Source of the DNA: Somniosus microcephalus
Taxonomy: Eukaryota
NCBI GenBank assembly: GCA_052327205.1
Contig: CM126209.1
Location: forward strand, 61,194,001-61,258,000
Direction of reading: 5' to 3'
DNA length: 64,000 bases
The notes below the pieces were generated by a model. The model saw only the letters and a program-made list of their open reading frames with translations. It did not search any database and was not told the origin of the DNA. Both the position numbers and the translations under genes were made by a program. Below are positions 23,901-35,100 of the stretch, in pieces; positions within the stretch are counted from its first letter, which is position 1; each line of letters starts with the position of its first letter.

Positions 23901-24506
23901 GTGTGGGAGTGAGAAAGAAAATAACGTCTATTTCTATCTAGATCATCAAAGGTAGGTGATGTGATATTAAGGTGAGGAACTGGGAACGGTGATGGCTGTG
24001 TTGATAGCTGTGTCAATTTCTGTCCTAAAGGCCTCTCTCTTGTTGGTGATACAGAACCTGAAGAATTGAACTTTCTGATCCATTTGGAACTGGGCAGATG
24101 TTTTTAATAGCCCATTCCTTGAGCAGAAAACCATTGTGGTGTGAAAGCCCTTCCTCAGGCCCAGCACAAAGTCAAGCACTGTTGGGTCAGGATTCCTGCC
24201 TCAATTCCTAGAAGTTGAATTTGTTAGCCAAAATTCTATACCTCAAGCATATAACCATCCTGTTTGATGGCAAAAGTGAGTTCCTCCACAAGCTCTTTGT
24301 ACATAATGGAAGGAACTGAATTAGTGAAATTTGCCTGTGTATCCTAAGCAGGTGTGTCTTACCTCTTGGATATTCCTTTAATAATATACATGTACCTTTT
24401 AAATATGTGTGGGGGAGGGAGTCGCATAGTCGTAAACCATAGGGGTTCATAAAATTTTAATACAATGTTTAATTTTGAATATTGTGGGAAGTTTGTGCAC
24501 TTGCAA

Positions 24507-24853
24507 CTGTCAGCTTAGCTCATTGGTAGCACTGACATCTGAAGGTTGTAGATTCAAGTCCCACTACAGGGCCTCTGCACCTAATCTAGTCCAATACTTC
24601 ACTCTGGTACTAAAGAAGTGTTGGAGATGCCATCTTTCAGATGGGATTTTAAACTGAGGCCCTGCCCATTTGTTCAGGTGAATGTTAAAGAACTCGTGGC
24701 ACTTTTTGAAGAAGAGCAAGGAGTTCTGTGTCCAAGCCAGCACCCATTCCTTGGCCAACAACACAAACAGATTAACTGGTCATTTCATCTCACTGCTGTT
24801 TGTGGGACTTTGCTGTGTGCAACTTGGTTGCTGCATTTTCTTTCCTTTACAAT
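24507..24853 (+). mobile_element. Deu-domain SINE (SacSINE1/AmnSINE1-like)
   Basis: A box tagctcattggtag, B box gattcaagtccc; aaacagattaactggtcatt...ctgctgtttgtgggactttgctgtgtgcaa Deu core. Confidence 0.75.
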
Positions 24854-24889
24854 CTGCTATTTAGGAAATCACATTGTGGTTGATTTCAG

Positions 24890-25000
24890 GACTCTCTGGA
24901 AGATGAGCAAGTAAGCTCCAATAATGACAGTATTGCCAGTGAGAAGTTGAGCACCGAAGAAGATTTCTACCTTGGTATTGGTGGTGCCCCATTCTTCAAG
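24890..25000 (+). CDS. KIF11: KIF11 tail exon
   Basis: ttcag/gtaaat; DSLEDEQVSSNNDSIASEKLSTEEDFYLGIGGAPFFK; 111 bp. Confidence 0.82.
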
Positions 25001-25139
25001 GTAAATCGAAGTTGTACCATTAAACTTGTGTTGCTGGGTTCATTTTCATTAGTGTAAAATAGGTGAATTGTGGGATAGTAAAAGTGAAAATAACGTAGTG
25101 GCGAACAACTATTTTATCACAGAAACTTTATAAAATCTT

Positions 25140-25875
25140 GTAGGGGGTGGTGATCTCAGAAGAGCTTGACACCCGGAATGCTATAAACACATGCTTTGGG
25201 TGCAATCAGCGATCCAGGCACAAATTGCACTCGTTTTCAGAAGTGAATTTTTTGCACGAGTTTCTGCTCAAACATATTTGCATATCGTTGAATGTAAAAT
25301 CTTACATGAACCAGCACAATCGGGCAGTGTTTGCATTAAAAGAAATATTCCTTGAAAAATTTGCATGGTAACCTGGTGCAGTTTTATTAATACAACTGAA
25401 AATGGGTTTATCACAAAATATCCATTTTAATCGGTATCTAGTCCACTACCTGTGAGTAACCTGATTTTATATAACTGAAAATGACTCAACTATACAGAAC
25501 AATTTACTAGTTACATTGGTGTACAGTAGTGAGTTTCTTGGTAAATTAAAAACTATATTTAAAAGCTTTTAAAAGGTGCCTATTCATTCCCTAGAAAAAC
25601 CAGCTTCATTTTAAGAGCCTCTTCGAAGACCCGCAAACGGGTGCAATTAGTGGGAACTCACCATGGTAATTAATCCGATCTGGGGGCATGGCCAGTTTTG
25701 TGGGTGGGGCCGGCTTCCAGCGCAATGTTTTTTAAACCAGTACAGAAGATCGTGGAAACTCTTTGGCTAGATGTAATTTGCACTTGAAATTACTCCCTCT
25801 CGCGTTGGTTTAGCTCATTTTGAGAAAATTGTGCTGGGGGTGGGGGGAGCGCAACCTAGTGGCAACTCTACCCCA
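25140..25875. mobile_element. Probable non-autonomous DNA transposon
   Basis: Right end ggcaactctacccc resembles GGGGTAGA-type MITE termini; internal resemblance to 48800-49260; left end unclear. Confidence 0.4.
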
Positions 25876-26494
25876 TGTAATTTTTTCAGAAATATCAATA
25901 CTTTAAACTCTCTGATCAAGCTGCTTGATGTGTCATAGGTGAAGAATTTTTAATTGACTCATGAAACCCTTTGATGCTATTATGTGGTACAAAATGTGGC
26001 AAGTATAAAGATTTTCAGATGTGAGTTTGAAGAGGTTCAAATATTGATGGAACCTAATTGTGGGAGAGACACTGTATGGGAAGCTCCTACAGAATCTCAA
26101 ATTTAATACTGAATCTCGGATCCTGATGATTTACATCTCATTCATTTATATGCAAAATAGTTTAGATTTTTACAGATGAAATAGCCATTTACACCCCAAA
26201 ATGATGTGATTTATTGCCTAATATCCAAGTAGCACTCCATGATATGCTTATTAGATCTTTCAGTACATTATTAGCAAGTTAAAGGCAAACTGAAATGTTA
26301 ATATTTTTTGCTTGAATTTATATAAATACGTTCAATATTTTTGCAGCAAATTGTTTTTAGATTTGAAAAATGAAAGGCTAGTTTAAGTTCCAAAAATGAT
26401 TTTTTTAACTTGTTCACTTAATGTACTCACTTAATGTACTCAATCTGTTGGTCTACAATCTGTTGGTAATCATTGTTTTATTTCACCTTTTTAG

Positions 26495-26605
26495 CACAAA
26501 AAAGGCCACAAAAAGGACAAAGAAAACAAACCTGTCCATTTTGACAAGTCTGTGGAAGATGGTCAAGTATTGAAATCTAAGTTGCCACTCAGAATTCAGA
26601 ATTAA
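26495..26605 (+). CDS. KIF11: KIF11 last coding exon with KEN box
   Basis: tttag acceptor; HKKGHKKDKENKPVHF...KSKLPLRIQN*; TAA at 26603-26605. Confidence 0.92.
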   Translation, partial: HKKGHKKDKENKPVHFDKSVEDGQVLKSKLPLRIQN

Positions 26606-26946
26606 TATTGCTGTCATTGTAATTTTAATTACATCTTCTACATCAGGGTTTATTCTGCTTTTATGTATGGTGCTGTCTATTTTGGGTTTTCACTGCCTCA
26701 AAATTCCAATGTTCAAAGTATTGTGTTAACCGATCATTGCCTTTTTCTTGTACACTGAACCATTTTAATAGTTTCTTTCGAATAATGTCCTTTTTTATAT
26801 TGTTTAATGACTTTTATATGCCCTGCATTTACAATATGTAAATCTAATGCTGGATAATCTGAAACATTTTAGGCTTTCTCATCCAATTTTGTATTTTAAT
26901 CCTAATGCATTTAGTTGTGTATATACTTATTACTTATTAGAAAAAA

Positions 26947-27053
26947 AATAAAAGCTTGAATACTGATTCAAAAAATATTTTATGTAAAGGTATAAATGGC
27001 ATACAGTAGAATTGCATTCCATTGGAAGTGTACTTTTTTAGTTAAACAATAAA
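26947..27053 (+). terminator. Candidate KIF11 polyadenylation signals
   Basis: AATAAA at 26947-26952 and 27048-27053 after an AU-rich 3' UTR. Confidence 0.6.
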
Positions 27054-27120
27054 CCTACAACAAACAAAGTAATAGGAGCACAGCTTCAGTGTTGCTGAAG
27101 TTCTTCTTTCTCCTTTCTTT

Positions 27121-27154
27121 CCTCCCCCACCCCCCCCCCCCCCCCCCCCCCCCC
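27121..27154 (+). repeat. Poly-C tract
   Basis: Run of ~24 uninterrupted C downstream of the KIF11 polyA signals. Confidence 0.9.
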
Positions 27155-27191
27155 AAACCACACTCCAGCAGGAGAAAGTCACAAAGGCATC

Positions 27192-27720
27192 ACAGTTCTG
27201 GTCACCATATTTTAAAAAGGATAGAGAGGCACTGGAGAGGGTGCAGAGAAGATTTACAAGGATGATACCAGAAATGCGAGGGTGTACATATTGGGAAAAG
27301 ATGAACAGGCTCGGTTTTTTTATCCTCCTTTGGAAAAAAGAAGGCTGAGGGGTGACCTAATAGAGGTCTTTAAAATTATGAAAGGTTTTGATAGAGTGGA
27401 TACAGAGAGAGTGTTTCTGCTTGTGGGGAAGAGCATAACTAGAGGCCATCAATATAAGATAGTCACCAAGAAATTCAGAAGAAACTTCTTTACCAAAGAA
27501 TGGTGAGAATGTGGAACTCACTACCACAAGGAGTGGTTGAAACAAATGGTATAGATGCATTTAAGGAGAGATTAGACAATTGTATGAGGGAGAAGGGAAT
27601 AGAGGGTTAAGCTGATGGATTTAGATGAGAAAAGACTGGAGGAAATTCGAGTGGAGCATAAACACCGGCATAGACTGGTTGGGCCAAATGGCCTGTTTTT
27701 GTGCCATATATCATATGTAA
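27192..27720 (+). mobile_element. CR1 LINE 3' fragment
   Basis: cagttctggtcacca...LEKRRLRGDLIEVFKIMKGFDRV...TRGHQYKI; 3' UTR ggagcataaacaccggcatagac. Confidence 0.92.
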
Positions 27721-27789
27721 AAGGTTCATAACTGTCTTGTCCAACTTTCTCACCTGCCCTCCGGAAGCAGCTGACTTGTTCCGGGCTAT

Positions 27790-28955
27790 GATTCCACACT
27801 TTAGGAAGGATGTCAAGGTGTTGGAGAGGGTGCAAAGATGATTTACTAGACTGGTACTAGGAATGTAGGACTTCAGGGCCTAGAAATTAGGTTTGCCTCC
27901 GCCAGGGCTTTTGCGCCCGCGATAATTGCTGCGCCCGCCAAAAATTCAGCTGCCCCGCGCCCAGACGGCTGCGGGCGCTAATGGAGGGTTTCAGCGCCTC
28001 GCTATGGGCGCTGAATGCAGGTTTGCGGCGCTAATCCCCCGCTGCGGCACCCGATGCGGTGCGGCAGGCTGGGGTACTGCAGGCCACCTCCTTCTGTTGA
28101 GGAGCTGCCTGCAGCTGACCGCTGACCGGTCGATTCGCCCGACAAATGAGCCCGGCACCTCGGAGAAGTGCCGGGCTCGCGGGCCACACACATCAGTGCC
28201 GCGGGGGCGTGGTGGAGGAGTCCAGGGAGGGAGGTGCGGGCAGGCGGCCGCCGGGAAAGCGGCCGGCCGCCGCTCCGCCTTAATGCGCCGGCGCTACGTG
28301 CTGCAACATCCCATTGAACAATCGTTGGTTGCGGCTGCCGCTGGCGAGGCGGCCGTAACTGAATTTGGGCGTCCGGCCACGTTACCACGGCAACCGGGAC
28401 GCTGCGCACACCGATGACTTCATCGGTGCCGGCGCAGCGCTACCGGCTAACTCCGATGGTAGGGCCCAACGCAATTTCGATCGCGGCTATAATTCCAGCG
28501 CAAGTCCCTCTAACACCTCTAATTGGGCGCCAACCCCACGGAATTTCTAGGCCCAGGTATGTGGAGAGACTGGATAAGCTGGGCTTGCAGAGGAGGTTAT
28601 GGGGAGATTTAATAAAGGTGTTCAAAATCATGAAGGGTTTTGAAAGAGTAAGGAGAAACTCTTTCCTGTGACGGAAGGGTTGGTAACCAGAGGACACAGA
28701 TTTAAGATAATTGACAAAAAACCTGTGGCGAGATGAGAAAGTTTAACTTGAGTTATCTGGAATGTACTGCCAGAGTGGGTGGTGGAAGCAGATTCAATAG
28801 TAACTTTCAAAAGGGAATTGGATAAATACTTTGGGGATAATTTTCAGGGCTATGGGGAAAGAGTGGTGGAGTGGGACTAATTGGATAGCTCTTTCAAAGA
28901 GCTGGCACAGGCACGATGGGCTGAGTGGTCTGTGCTGTATCATTCTATGATTTTT
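27790..28955 (+). mobile_element. CR1 fragment split by a MITE
   Basis: ccacactttaggaaggatgtcaagg...ggacttcag | gtatgtggagagactggataagctggg...; the halves are contiguous once 27877-28556 is removed. Confidence 0.88.
27877..28553. mobile_element. GC-rich MITE, probably PIF/Harbinger superfamily
   Basis: Perfect 12-bp TIR GGCCTAGAAATT...AATTTCTAGGCC flanked by CAG at 27874-27876 and 28554-28556. Confidence 0.85.
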
Positions 28956-30852
28956 ATGTATATACTAAAGAAACATGTGAAATGAAGGGGAAGGGGGGGT
29001 GCAAGATGGTGGGTCACAGATGGGATCACTTCAAGTGTCCAGTACCAATTTGCTGCTTAAGCAGGGACAGGTGCATACAGAGTGGTCGATAAATCTTGGG
29101 ACAATGGCAAAGGATTAAATGTCATGATGGTCAAGCCTCAAAATGCATCGAGAGCTAGGGTGACCTCAGGCATTGGATACAATTTACCCATTTTGTCTTC
29201 TATGGACATTGACTTTCTGTTCAGATGCTTGGGGAGGTGTCCTCTCCATTAATGCATTCGCTGCTCACAAGCGGAAAGCTCTTAATGACTTGCTGTTTTG
29301 TTATTTCAGTAATGTAGTTCCTGTTGCCAGAATTCTGTGCATTTCCAAAGAAATTACGGCCCAAGTCTCCAATGTCTGTTGTCTCTGATATCCTCAGTGG
29401 ATTAAAGCACCATGTGATGCATTGAAACGAGAGGTTCAAGGTTTGTTTTTTTCTGGGGCAACAATTTGTGTAGAATTTTGCTGCGGAGTAAAAGGTCCTG
29501 GCTGGTGATCTGTCCTGTGCAGCCCGTTCGGAGGTATATTTGTATCTATTTTCCACTAGACCTCACCTATATTTATTTTGTCTCCTGTGTGTATGTATAT
29601 AACTTTTTTTAAATAAGTGGGTGGGGGGAGGTGGCGACGACGGAGGAAAAAAATGAATGCTGTGGTTCAATACAGCATAGACCAATTTCGCACTTAATGG
29701 TAAGGTGAGCCAAGTCCTCAAGCTTGCTATCCTATTGAGCAAGCTATATGTTCAAATGAGCAGATAAAATCGAGAAAAGAAACGGAAAAGGGCTCTTTTT
29801 TGACGTGATGACCGAAAAATCCCTGTGGAATATAAACGCAACTTTTAATTAATTTAGCTCTTAGGTTATCCCAGTATAACCTGATATCAGTCGCTGATAG
29901 CTAAGTAACATGGGGCGAGAATATTCAGATATTTGCTTGAAACTTGCCGCCAGGGAGGCGGACGCCACCCACGCGATTTCCTTGCTCCGATCCCGATAAA
30001 CTCCTCGATCTGCTACTTGTAAATATTGGTTATTTGACATTGATCTTTCCGAACTAAATGTGTGCCTGCTCTTCCCTCCACTTGACGACCTTGTGCTACC
30101 CGTCAAATGGCCAAGACTTCGTTTCCTCAAAATCCAATGATTCTCAATCCGTTTATTATCTAATAATCGCACTGCTATAGAGGAACTGGTGCTTGAGTGC
30201 CAGGTGTAAAGGAACACCGCTTTCTGTTAGCCGACTTAAAGGTTTGATTATCAGTATATCATTAGATTCATTTCCGATTTCTTAAAACGCCCAAAGGAAA
30301 AAATATTGACTGAAGATTTCATTAATAGCTTATGCGGCGTTTTATATTTCATTCCGTTGTACAGTAAGAGCAATGACCGATGCAGAACAATTTCAAAAGT
30401 AGGCTGAGGATTTAAAACTATAGCGCCAAATGAAGTATTCAACTAATGTGGCTGTTATTTTAATTGCCCGTTTTGAATAGAATTGCTTAGGGTTCACGAC
30501 AGGCGCCAATGGCTTAAAACGAGGACAATTATTCTGGATGGATCTGTTTTATGGGAGCAGGTTGAAGCGATGTCACTTTAATTAATCAGCAAGGTCTCCA
30601 TTGATAAAATGAGCACAGCAAAGTCCTGTGTGTACGATCGACGTGACATTGAGCTGTGGATATAACACAATACAGAATTCTTATTTGGAAACGGGGTGTT
30701 TTAGGTGTGTTTGTATTCGACAGTTCAATCCGTTGTTTCAAAATGTGTGCATTTACTGTTCACTGCAATCCCAAATCATTGAAGGTTTGTCATTAAGTGC
30801 TCAATATTACTAAGAGATACAGCTGATGAACAACTGATCTCAGTTAACAGGG

Positions 30853-31968
30853 ACATAAGAACATAACATAAGAAATAGGAGCAGGAGTAGGCCAATCGGC
30901 CCCTCGAGCCTGCTCCTCCATTCAATAAGATCATGGCTGATCTGATCCTAACGCCAATCCACTATCACAGAACCATCTCCTGAATCTAACAGAATTAGAC
31001 ACACGAAATAGGAGCAGGATCAGGCTACACGGCCCCTGGGCCCGCTCCGCTACCCACAGGGCCATGACCGATCCGAACCTAGTCTCATGTCCAAATTCCT
31101 GCCCGCTCCCCGTAACCTTTAATTCCCTTCTAGGAAACTGTCTATTTCTGTTTTAAATTTATGTAATGATGTAGCTTCTACAGCTTTTTGGGGCAGCATA
31201 TTCCATGGGCCTACCACCCTGTGAGTGAAGTAGTTCCTCCTCATCTCAGTTTTGAAAGAGCAGCCCCTTATTCTAAGGCTATGCCCCCTAGTTCTAGTTT
31301 CACCCATCATCGGGAACATCCTCCCCGCATCCACCTGATCCAACCCCTTCACAATCTTATATGTTTCAATAAGATCGCCTCTCATTCTTCTGAACTCCAA
31401 TGAGTAGAGTCCCAATCTACTCAACCTCTCCTCATATGTCCATCCCCTCATCCCCGGGATTAACCGAGTGAACCTTCTTTGTACTGACTCGAGAGCAAGT
31501 ATGTCCTTTCTTAAATATGGACACCAAAACTGTACGCAGTATTCCAGGTGCGGTCTCACCAATACCTTGTACAACTGAAGCAATACCTCCCTATTTTTAT
31601 ATTCTATCCCCCTAGCAATGAAAGCCAACATTCCATTGGCCTTCTTAATCACTTGCTGCACCTGCATACTAACCTTTTGAGTTTCGTGCACCAGGACCCC
31701 CAGATCCCTTTGTACTTCAGTACTTTCCAGTTTCTTGCCATTAAGATAATAACTTGCTCTACGATTTTTCCTGCCAAAGTGCATAACCTCACACTTTCCA
31801 GTATTGTATTCCATCTGCCAAATCTCTGCCCACTTACTTAGCCTGTCGATGTCCCCTTGCAGGTTTTTTATGTCCTCCTCACTCACTACTTTCCCTCCCA
31901 TCTTAGTATCATCTGCAAACTTTGATATGTTACACTCGGTCCCCTCCTCCAAATCGTTAATATAGATT
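30853..31968 (-). mobile_element. 5'-truncated young CR1 LINE with an open RT C-terminus
   Basis: 288-aa frame IYINDL...SKFADDTK...LQGDIDRL...RPHLEYCVQFW; (AACATAAG)n tail. Confidence 0.96.
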
Positions 31969-32121
31969 GCCAGATATAGATTCATACCCAGAATATTTAA
32001 ACTGCAGGGGGGATTTTCATGGATGCAATATGATGCATGGAGTGACTGACTAAAATGTTCCCATTAAACCCATCAAATCATGCTGTAATCATTTATGGAA
32101 TTAATCCATGAAAAATCTCAC

Positions 32122-32184
32122 GAGATTATTAAAATCTTGATATTAAAATCTCACTTCTTGAGATTATTAAAATCTCACTTCTCA
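32122..32184 (+). repeat. Short imperfect tandem repeat
   Basis: gagattattaaaatct(cacttct) about three times. Confidence 0.7.
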
Positions 32185-35100
32185 TCACTCCGTCCCCGAT
32201 TTTCTTGTAAATTAATTTTCATTCTCGATTCCAATCTATAAACACATTTAATAAAGAATATTTATAAAACGTTCTCTTATTTACCTCAAGGAAAACTAAC
32301 CATATAACGCCCTACAACAAAATTGAGCGCTTAAAAAGCATTTCTGACAAACTCTTAATTTACAGTTCTTCTTTGCATTGGATTGCAATTACACCTCTAA
32401 AGAGGTGTTAAACGGGACACACGGTTACAACTGTGTATTCACTTCAGGTTCCCATCGAAATAGGAATTCCGAATGTAATCGATTAATCTGCATATATATT
32501 GGTGTTTTGACAGAGAGCTGGATGATTTTTGTAAGTGTGCTTTTGATGAAAGGAGCTGTGTGCCTGGCTCTCATTTCCATTGAATTGGTTGACCTAGTGC
32601 AAGCGGCCGCTTCAGATGCGCCCGAACCCCAGCAACCCAGCCCCGGAAGCCCAGGCAGATCAATCCTAATTTCTCGTTTACTGATTTGTTCTGTTGGAAT
32701 TTTGTGGGGCTGAGCTTTGGAAAGAGCTCTTTCTAGCACCGTGCTTCATTGGCGGATAAACCTCAATCGGAACACCTAGATCTGTTTTTTATCAGCAACT
32801 TGGGATATGTGCAAATTCAATATAACCTTATATCGCTCCCCCTCCTCACGTTATGCACCTATGGAGGCCTCCGTCACAACAGCTTGGGCACTCTTGTGGA
32901 TCTGTTCATTTCTAATCAAAAATAATTATAGATTTGCACACACGTATTTATATGCATATGCAGATGGCTGTTTCATTAAAAATACTTCATGAAGCTACTG
33001 CTCCAAGTTTTGTCTTGTAGGGCACTGAAACCTGATTAAGTGTTGACAATGTATAACCGTGGCCTCTTTGCATTTTACAACGCTTCACATGTTATATGGC
33101 CCCCAGCACTCTTCCATTCAGAATAGATTACAGTTATCTTTAAGAGGCTGATACAACCTCGTTTAAACACCGGCGTGTTTTACCAGTGGCGCCGTCCTGA
33201 CCATCCATCCTGTTGCTGACTTAGAATCTTCAGCACGAATATTCTCAGATCTTTGATTTGGAAAGACTTCAATATAATTTATTTTATCTGCCAAGAGCCG
33301 TTCTAGCGGCAGGTGTCCATTACGGCGCCAACAGGCGGAATCATTGAACAGTAATAGTGTTGTAGGGGTTTAAAGAGCTCTTCAAAGTAATTCGCCATAT
33401 CCAGATTTGACATTCACAACAACATAAATTGGCCTGTGTTTTATTAGCATCAAATGACGCGAAGTGACCAGTGTTGAAAAGATTCGTAAAAAAGCCGGCT
33501 GATTACAAAGTCCAGCAGTGTATAAACTTAAAGGACATCGTTAGGGTGGGCGTTCCCAATACAATATTAATAAATTGCTGTCAATCTCATCAGAGTATCA
33601 CTTATTTCTTGTACCGGGCAGAATTCGGTATCCACTTTCGAACTCTGCTGCTCCCCAACAATTATTCACCAGTTTATGTTTAATATCACCAAACAATAGT
33701 CCCTGCTCTGCCGAGCCTGACTCATTCGGAGTCACGAATACAGAAATCCGGCTATTAGTCCTGGGACACAGGCCAATTGTAGTAAGCCACCATTTCCCCA
33801 GGTAAAGAATATTTACATCGGTACAGATGGATTTTCAGGTCCTCCTGGTCGATATGCTTCGGTCCAGGGAGTATTTATCCAACGCAGTGTACAATTTACA
33901 TAATGTCACTTATTGAATCGTGCTACAATATATTTTAATGCAGAGATTATTTGAGGGTTAAGATTACTCATTGAAAATATCAGGAAGGCTCACTAACTGC
34001 CAACCTGCCACAACAACCCAATTGCTCCGAGGTTAACCATAACTTTTTAATGTCTTCCGTTTTTCTTATTTAATTCCTTCTGTTATTTTTGCTTCTCGAG
34101 TTACTGAACTGAAATCGATTGAACACACAATTTATGTGGTTGCAAGTCTCAATCACGGAAAATCAATGAGTGAAAGAATCTTAATAATACAGCAAGCAAT
34201 AACTTAGTGCTAGTACCACCATTTATGATTTCGCTTATAAAAAAACTAGCTGCAATTTATCATTTCCCCGACACTAGCACCTTGTTCTTCCTGACCTATA
34301 GGGATACCGTCTTTTATTTCAATATTAGGCTTAATATGTAATTCAAATAAATCTTCCGATCGGTCATAAAGTGTTTGCGCCAATTGTGTCACTTTTGAGC
34401 ATCTCTTGCTGCCGTTCACTCCAGTGGAACATGTGACTGCTGAGCTGCAGCGGGAATTCGGTTCTGTTTTCAGTCTGCTGAAATTTGCAGTCATTATTAT
34501 TCACCTTTAACAAAAACAACTCTGTCATCACAAGATGAACAATGAGCTAAAAGGCAAATATAGTCTGATGTATTAGTGGGGTCATTTGAATAATGAAGTG
34601 ATTTGATTGCATTTATCAATGTATTGTCTGATATAATATAACCACTATAGAAAACACCTACTGAGAAACAGCCAGCGGTGATAAGCACCAGATTAGGCAA
34701 TTATTATTAACTACATCAAACCAAAGGACAATGGCCGAGTTAAAAGAGTTACAACGCTTTATTTTCATCGATTTAACGGTGGGTCAGAATAGTCGGTCCA
34801 ATGTTAAACTAGATTAGTTTTATACTTTGCAAATTGCTTTGTTTCTTATCACCTGCACTCCAATTTACAAGTGGATCGGCGAGTATTGGACAATACAAAG
34901 AGTTACAATATCGGGCAGTTTATTTTGGTAATTAAATTGTTTTTCAAGATTGTGTAAATAATCATTTTTTTAAAAAAAAGCATAGTCAGTATCATCTACC
35001 AAAGAGTGCTGCATAATGTTTCAATGATATTCGCTCCCATTCTGTCTCTGCACTTTCAGTGGCAGTGAACGCTGTAAACTCAACCAGCGAGGTCTTGGAA

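Noticed and set aside
24507-24570. tRNA gene
   Set aside because: The A/B boxes are a SINE head continuing into a Deu body; no cloverleaf.
27926-28671. GC-rich 163-aa and 135-aa ORFs
   Set aside because: They lie inside the MITE; stop-poor because of high GC, with no recognisable domain.
31119-31985. 288-aa ORF as a host gene or functional reverse transcriptase
   Set aside because: 5'-truncated CR1 ORF2 lacking the endonuclease and N-terminal RT; the start codon comes from flanking DNA.
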